A stretch of 58,878 nucleotides of DNA from Gemmatimonadales bacterium (GTDB taxonomy: Bacteria > Gemmatimonadota > Gemmatimonadetes > Gemmatimonadales > GWC2-71-9). A model generated the notes under the pieces. It did not search any database. It was given only the letters and a program-made list of their open reading frames with translations, and had not been told where the DNA came from. Each line of letters starts with the position of its first letter. Position 1 is the stretch's first letter. The position numbers and the translations under genes were made by a program. The stretch lies in contig JANNGX010000051.1 of the NCBI GenBank assembly GCA_031404115.1, positions 1-58,878 of the forward strand, read 5' to 3'. Shown here in pieces: positions 54,079 through 58,878 of this stretch.

Positions 54079-57000
54079 GGCCGTTCCGTGAGTGTTGAGC
54101 CGGTTCTGAGGTCTTCCGCCGGATGGCGGGCGACCGCAATGACTGCGCGGTGGCCGTCGATCTCCACCGTTTCCTGTCGATTCGGCGCCGGGGCCGCCGC
54201 GCCGACGTGCAGCGCCCGCGCCAGCGTGTCGCCGCGGATGGCCGCGTCGTGGGCCCGCACCGCGTCCAGCAGCGCGGGCGGGCCGTCCACCCAGAGCTCG
54301 ATGCGAGTCGTGTACTCGTACCCCGCGTCTTTCCGGAGGCGCTGGACCCGATTGACGATTTCCCTCGCCACACCCTCGGCCCGCAGCTCATCGGTGAGCA
54401 CGGGATCGAGCGCCGCCACATAGCTGCCGGCGCTCTGCACCAGCCAGTCGGTGGTGACGTCCCGCTCAACGGTGATGTCCCCGGGCCCATACTCCCATAC
54501 GTCGACGCCGCCGTTCAGGTGCACCGTACCGCCCGCCTCGACCGCGCGGAGCTGGTCGGCGGTGAGCCCCGAGGCCGCGGCGGCGGCCTCGGGCGTGCGC
54601 TTGCCGTAGCGCTTGCCCAACGCCCGGAAGTTGGGCTTGGCCCGCAGACGCACCAGCTCCGCATCCGACGACACCACCTCCACCTCGCGCACGTTCACCT
54701 CCTGCGCGAGCAGGGGCAGCATCCCGCGGAACCGCGCGCTGTCGGCCGCGCGGGGCACCGCCACCCTCATCCGGGAGAGCGGTTGCCGTACCTTGAGGCT
54801 CATCTCCTCGCGCGCCGCGCGCGCCAGGGAGGCCAGCCGCCGGACGGCGCCCATCGCCGCTTCGAGCTCCAGGTCACGGGGGCCCCCAGGCACCGGGAAC
54901 GTCGCCAGATGCACCGACGCGCCGGTCAGCGCCCGGTGGAGCCAGTCGCTGGCGAACGGGGCCGCCGGAGCAAGCAGGCGACTGACGGTGACGAGCGCGT
55001 CATGGAGTGTGCGCACCGCCGCCGGTTCCGCCGCCTTGTCGGGGGCCCAGAAGCGGGAACGGGAGAGCCGGACGTACCAGTTGGAGAGATCGTCCAGGAA
55101 GGCGATGATCGGCCGGACCCCGTTGGTGGGGTCGTACCCTTCCCACGCCGCGACCGTGGCGGCGACGGTCCCTTCGAGCCGGCTTCGGAGCCAGCGGTCC
55201 AGCGGGGTCTCCACGGCCTCGTCGCGCTCCGGGACTGCTCCGCCCGCATACAGCTGGAAGAACGTGTAGGTGTTCTTCAGCGTCTGCAGAAACGAACCGG
55301 CCAGCTCGTTCACGGCGCCGGCGTCGTATCGCTTGGTGCCCCACACCTCGCTGGAGGCCAGCAGGTAGAGCCGGGCGACGTCGGCGCCGTGCCGCTGGAT
55401 CAGGTCCCACGGATCCACGATGTTGCCGAGGCTCTTGGACATTTTCTTGCCCTGAGCATCGAGCAGGAGGCCGTTCACCACCACGTGCGTGTAGGACGCG
55501 CGGTCGAAGACACCGGCGCTGATCGCCAGGAGCGAGTAGAACCATCCCCTGGTCTGGTCCAGCCCTTCACAGATGAAGTCGGCCGGAAAGTGACGCTCGA
55601 ATTTGTCGGCGTTTTCGAACGGGTAGTGCCACTGCGCGTATGGCATCGACCCCGAATCGAACCAGGCGTCGATGACCTCGGGTGCCCGCCGCATGGTACC
55701 GCCCTCCGGCGCGGGCCAGGTGAGCTCGTCGACTCCCGGCTTGTGGGGGTCGAAGTCCCTCGGCAGCGGCCGGCCCAGCCGGGCGGCCAGTTCCTCGTAG
55801 CTCCCGATCACTTCGACGACACCCGGGTCCCGGTCGGACACCCACACCGGTAACGGCGTGCCCCAGTACCGGTCCCGCGAGAGGGCCCAGTCCACGTTGT
55901 TGCTGAGCCAGTCTCCGAAGCGGCCGGACCCCACCTCCGGAGGATGCCAGTCGATGGCGGCATTCAGCTCGACCAGCCGGTCCTTGATGGCACGGGTGCG
56001 CACGAACCAGGAGTCTCGCGCGTAGTAGATCAATTTGCTCTTGCAGCGCCAGCAGTGCGGATACTCGTGCACGTACTGTTCGGTGCGGAGGTGGCGCCCC
56101 TCGGCCTTGAGCCGGCGAATGATCAGCTCGTTGGTCTCGTCGGCGGTGACCAGCTTCCCCTCGAGCTCGGGCCACGTGGTGCCGGTGAACGTGCCGTCGG
56201 CCGCCACCGGACGCAGTAACGCGAGCCCGTGCGCCTGCCCTGCCTCGTAGTCGTCCGCGCCGAAGGCCGGCGCCAGGTGAACGATGCCGGAGCCGTCGGC
56301 GGCGGTGACGAACTCCCCGGTAATCACGATCGAATGCTGTCGGTCTGCCGGGAGCGGCACCACGTCGAGCGGGCGGATGTAGCGCAGACCCTCGAGCGCC
56401 TTGCCGGGGAACGGATCCCCAATCAAGGTCAGCTCGGTCTGCAGGATCCCGGCCAGCGCCTCGGCCCTCGCCGCGGCGAGGATCACCTTGCGCCCGTCGG
56501 CTGGTGTGCCGGTGCGCCCGACGAGGAACTCCCCGTATTCTAGGTCCGGCGCCACTGCCACCGCGACGTTCGATGGCAGCGTCCACGGCGTGGTGGTCCA
56601 CACCACCAGCTCGCGTCCGCTGCCGTCCTCGAGCGGAAAAGCCACGTAGATCGACTTGTCCTGGACCTGGTCGTAGCCCAGCGCCAGCTCGTGGCTCGAG
56701 AGCACGGTGCCGCAGCGGGGACAGTAGGGCAACACCCGATGACCCCGCACCAGCAGGCCCTTCGAATGGAGCTGCTTCAGCAGCCACCACACCGATTCGA
56801 TGTACTGCGGCGTGCAGGTGATGTACGGGTGCTCGTAGTCGAGCCAGTAGCCGATCCGATCGGAGAGCTCCTGCCAGTCCTTCACGTAGGTGAAGACGCT
56901 CTCGCGGCAAAGCCGGTTGAACTCGGCGATGCCGTAGGCCTCGATGTCCTTCTTGCCCTTGAGCGCGAGCTTCTTCTCGATTTCGATCTCGACCGGCAGA

Positions 57001-57281
57001 CCATGGGTGTCCCAGCCGGCAATGCGGGTCACCGAGTGGCCCTGCATGGCCCGGAACCGGGGGAACAGGTCCTTGATAGTGCGGGAAAAAACGTGGTGGA
57101 TCCCCGGGCGACCGTTGGCGGTAGGCGGGCCCTCATAAAAAACGAAGGGTGTCCCGCCCTTCCGGGCGTCCTGCACCCGTTGGAAAAGACCCTCGGCCTT
57201 CCAGCACGCGAGCAACTCCCGCTCCATGGCGTCGGCACCCTGGTCGGGCCAGGCGGGGAAGCGGGTTGCGGACGCGGTCAT
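54075..57281 (-). CDS. ileS: isoleucine--tRNA ligase (long form, probably type 2)
   Basis: 1068 aa. PPTANGRPGIHHVFSRTIKD (HIGH region), KMSKS, CP1 editing insertion. ATG overlaps the divIVA stop. Confidence 0.97.
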   Translation of the reverse strand: MTASATRFPAWPDQGADAMERELLACWKAEGLFQRVQDARKGGTPFVFYEGPPTANGRPGIHHVFSRTIKDLFPRFRAMQGHSVTRIAGWDTHGLPVEIEIEKKLALKGKKDIEAYGIAEFNRLCRESVFTYVKDWQELSDRIGYWLDYEHPYITCTPQYIESVWWLLKQLHSKGLLVRGHRVLPYCPRCGTVLSSHELALGYDQVQDKSIYVAFPLEDGSGRELVVWTTTPWTLPSNVAVAVAPDLEYGEFLVGRTGTPADGRKVILAAARAEALAGILQTELTLIGDPFPGKALEGLRYIRPLDVVPLPADRQHSIVITGEFVTAADGSGIVHLAPAFGADDYEAGQAHGLALLRPVAADGTFTGTTWPELEGKLVTADETNELIIRRLKAEGRHLRTEQYVHEYPHCWRCKSKLIYYARDSWFVRTRAIKDRLVELNAAIDWHPPEVGSGRFGDWLSNNVDWALSRDRYWGTPLPVWVSDRDPGVVEVIGSYEELAARLGRPLPRDFDPHKPGVDELTWPAPEGGTMRRAPEVIDAWFDSGSMPYAQWHYPFENADKFERHFPADFICEGLDQTRGWFYSLLAISAGVFDRASYTHVVVNGLLLDAQGKKMSKSLGNIVDPWDLIQRHGADVARLYLLASSEVWGTKRYDAGAVNELAGSFLQTLKNTYTFFQLYAGGAVPERDEAVETPLDRWLRSRLEGTVAATVAAWEGYDPTNGVRPIIAFLDDLSNWYVRLSRSRFWAPDKAAEPAAVRTLHDALVTVSRLLAPAAPFASDWLHRALTGASVHLATFPVPGGPRDLELEAAMGAVRRLASLARAAREEMSLKVRQPLSRMRVAVPRAADSARFRGMLPLLAQEVNVREVEVVSSDAELVRLRAKPNFRALGKRYGKRTPEAAAAASGLTADQLRAVEAGGTVHLNGGVDVWEYGPGDITVERDVTTDWLVQSAGSYVAALDPVLTDELRAEGVAREIVNRVQRLRKDAGYEYTTRIELWVDGPPALLDAVRAHDAAIRGDTLARALHVGAAAPAPNRQETVEIDGHRAVIAVARHPAEDLRTGSTLTERP

Positions 57282-57829
57282 GCCTGTCGGCGATAGGCCC
57301 GCTGAAGGTCGTCCGCCGCGGCCGCGTCGCCCGCATCGCCGCCCAGCACCGCGAGCTCGGAGATCTGCCGCTCGAGCAGCTGGCGATAGCTCTGGAGGTA
57401 GCCCTGAAACTGGCGGCGGGCCAGATCATTCCCATGGGCCAGGCGCTGCTCTTCGTTACGGGCCTGCTGGAGCAGCCGCTCCACCTCGGTGCGCGCCTCG
57501 AGCAGCATCTGGTCCGCCTGGGCTTGGGCCTCGCGGAGCATGACCTCACGCTCGCGCTCGACCTGCACCTGGCTTTCGGTGCGGAGCTGCTGGGCCGAGA
57601 TCAGCGCGTCGTTCATGGCGCGATCCCGATCGCGGTAGGACTTGAGCTGTTCACTCATTCCCTTGATCCGCTCGTCCAGCTGCACCCGGTCCCGGACCAG
57701 GCGGTCGATCTCCTCGGCCATGCGCTGCTTGAACTCCTCGACCTGCGTGGGGTCGTAGCCACGGAGTACGCGCTGGAATTCCTGTGCGCGCACGTCGTGC
57801 GAAGTCAGATGGAACGCGTCGTCGGTCAT
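57278..57829 (-). CDS. divIVA: DivIVA-domain protein
   Basis: The N-terminus LTSHDVRAQEFQRVLRGYDPTQVEEFKQRMAEEI is a canonical DivIVA lipid-binding head, followed by coiled coil. Confidence 0.85.
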   Translation of the reverse strand: MTDDAFHLTSHDVRAQEFQRVLRGYDPTQVEEFKQRMAEEIDRLVRDRVQLDERIKGMSEQLKSYRDRDRAMNDALISAQQLRTESQVQVEREREVMLREAQAQADQMLLEARTEVERLLQQARNEEQRLAHGNDLARRQFQGYLQSYRQLLERQISELAVLGGDAGDAAAADDLQRAYRRQA

Positions 57830-58509
57830 TGGCGTTCTCCGAAGAGCAAGGTTCCCAGACGTACCATGGTCGCGCCCTCCTCCACTGCTGCCGGAAAATC
57901 TCCCGACATGCCCATCGACAGCTCGGGCAACCGGTGCCCCGCGGCCTGCATCTGCTCGCGGAGCTCGCGGAGCCGGGCAAAGGCTTGGCGCTGGATCCGC
58001 TCGTCGTCGGTCAACGCCGCCATGGTCATCAGCCCCTGGGGCTCGAGCCGGGGCAGCGCCGCGATCCGGTCCAGCAGCTGTACCAGGGCGTCCGGCGCCA
58101 CCCCGGTCTTCTGCGCCTCACCGGAGCAGTTCACCTCGACCAGCACGGACTGTCGGCTCCCCTCCGGCACCCGGCGGTCGAGTTCCGTGGCGAGATCCTC
58201 CCGATCGACCGAGTGGATCAGCGCGAACCGGCCGACCGCGTGCCTGGCCTTGTTTCGTTGCAGCGATCCGATCAGGTGCCAGCGCACCGGAACGCCGGTC
58301 AATTGATCCTGCTTGGCCAGCGCTTCCTGGACCCGATTTTCTCCAACATCCTCAAGTCCGGCGGCGAGCGCGGCTCGAACCGCCTCGGGGCCGTGGGTCT
58401 TGGTGACCGCCACGATGCGAACCGGATGGGTCCACCCGCCACGGGCCTGATGGAGCCGGATTCGATCACGGACAGAGGCCAGCCGCGGCGCAAGGCCCGA
58501 GAAATCCAT
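57826..58509 (-). CDS. yggS: YggS-family pyridoxal-phosphate homeostasis protein
   Basis: 227 aa. VAVTKTH (PLP Lys), GENRVQEA, WHLIGSLQRNKA, ELSMGMSGDF. Confidence 0.9.
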   Translation of the reverse strand: MDFSGLAPRLASVRDRIRLHQARGGWTHPVRIVAVTKTHGPEAVRAALAAGLEDVGENRVQEALAKQDQLTGVPVRWHLIGSLQRNKARHAVGRFALIHSVDREDLATELDRRVPEGSRQSVLVEVNCSGEAQKTGVAPDALVQLLDRIAALPRLEPQGLMTMAALTDDERIQRQAFARLRELREQMQAAGHRLPELSMGMSGDFPAAVEEGATMVRLGTLLFGERQ

Positions 58510-58878
58510 AACCCTAGAATTTAATGGGAGTTACCTCTTTGTAGAAGGGATCTTCCGGGTAGTGGGCATTCGTCTCCGAGCAGACCCTTGCGATCGTCGC
58601 CATTGTTTCGCAGCGACGCCACCGCGATCCTCAAAGCGCTCTCGCCAAGGCGCGTCCCTCACGCGGCCGATGCCCGAGGGGTGGGGCGCAGGCAGCGCAC
58701 TGGGGCCGGAACTCGAGGACGGCGACCCAGGAAAGGGAGCAGTGATGACCTCGCGTTTCCTCATGATCGCGCTGGATGGGGCGGACGGTGGGCTGCTCGA
58801 TCGCCGTCGGGGCGCATCAAGGCCAGGATGCTGGAGCGGGTTGAATCCATGCTACGCGAACTGACCGATGCCGATCCC

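Noticed and set aside
57282-57829. T-box or attenuator leader upstream of ileS (and a leader upstream of asnS)
   Set aside because: divIVA overlaps the ileS start codon, so there is no leader space. I did not recognise a T-box specifier or antiterminator pattern in the asnS upstream region, although a covariance-model scan was not possible.
58562-58878. Plus-strand ORF ending at 58864. Its last part (MTSRFLMIALDGADGGLLD, from ATG 58745 with an AGGGAG Shine-Dalgarno) resembles the N-terminus of alkaline-phosphatase/nucleotide-pyrophosphatase family proteins
   Set aside because: The frame stops after only 40 codons, while another frame (…RIKARMLERVESMLRELTDADP) stays open to the window edge. 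The stretch is too short and too ambiguous to call; it may be a real gene start with a frame problem or simply noise.

Overview
This is a very GC-rich bacterial chromosomal segment; third codon positions are almost all G/C. The phylum cannot be determined without a database search. OMP, lipoprotein and LspA genes occur together with Firmicute-like synteny, which would fit a lineage such as Gemmatimonadota, but that is only a guess. I call 55 protein genes and 2 tRNAs. All but two (mazG and one small ORF) lie on the minus strand, in almost gap-free arrays with roughly two dozen ATGA/GTGA/TGATG stop-start overlaps. Gene order below is read along the minus strand, i.e. descending coordinates. (1) yggS-divIVA-ileS-dksA/traR-lspA-rluD. 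(2) With no break, a 17-gene, ~15.8 kb block (52184..36344): cheW-cheY-cheA(frame broken at a homopolymer)-cheC-large TPR-PATAN/TPR-TPR/Roadblock-Roadblock-mglB-mglA-tandem DnaA/Hda-like AAA+-PATAN/TPR-cheR-cheD-TPR-gluzincin-like membrane protein-small membrane protein. (3) tRNA-Val, a secreted TPR-like protein, tRNA-Asp. (4) A dcw cluster, rsmH-ftsL-ftsI(PASTA)-murE-murF-mraY-murD-ftsW-murG-murC-ftsQ-ftsA-ftsZ, lacking mraZ, murB and ddl, followed by a coupled M23 peptidase. (5) A VWA membrane protein, ftsY, recG, a DUF1295 protein, asnS, a beta-helix/PA14 secreted protein, mazG(+), and alr-DUF1844-deoB-cdd-lipoprotein-OMP-miaB-ComFB-like-membrane protein fragment. I found no rRNA, CRISPR array, transposase, integrase or obvious prophage or defence genes. 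The most interesting content is the composite Che / MglA-Roadblock / PATAN-TPR / double DnaA-like ATPase operon. It looks like a chemosensory module hard-wired to a Ras-like GTPase polarity switch, with an uncharacterised AAA+ partner. All functional calls come from motif and family recognition by eye; no searches were run.
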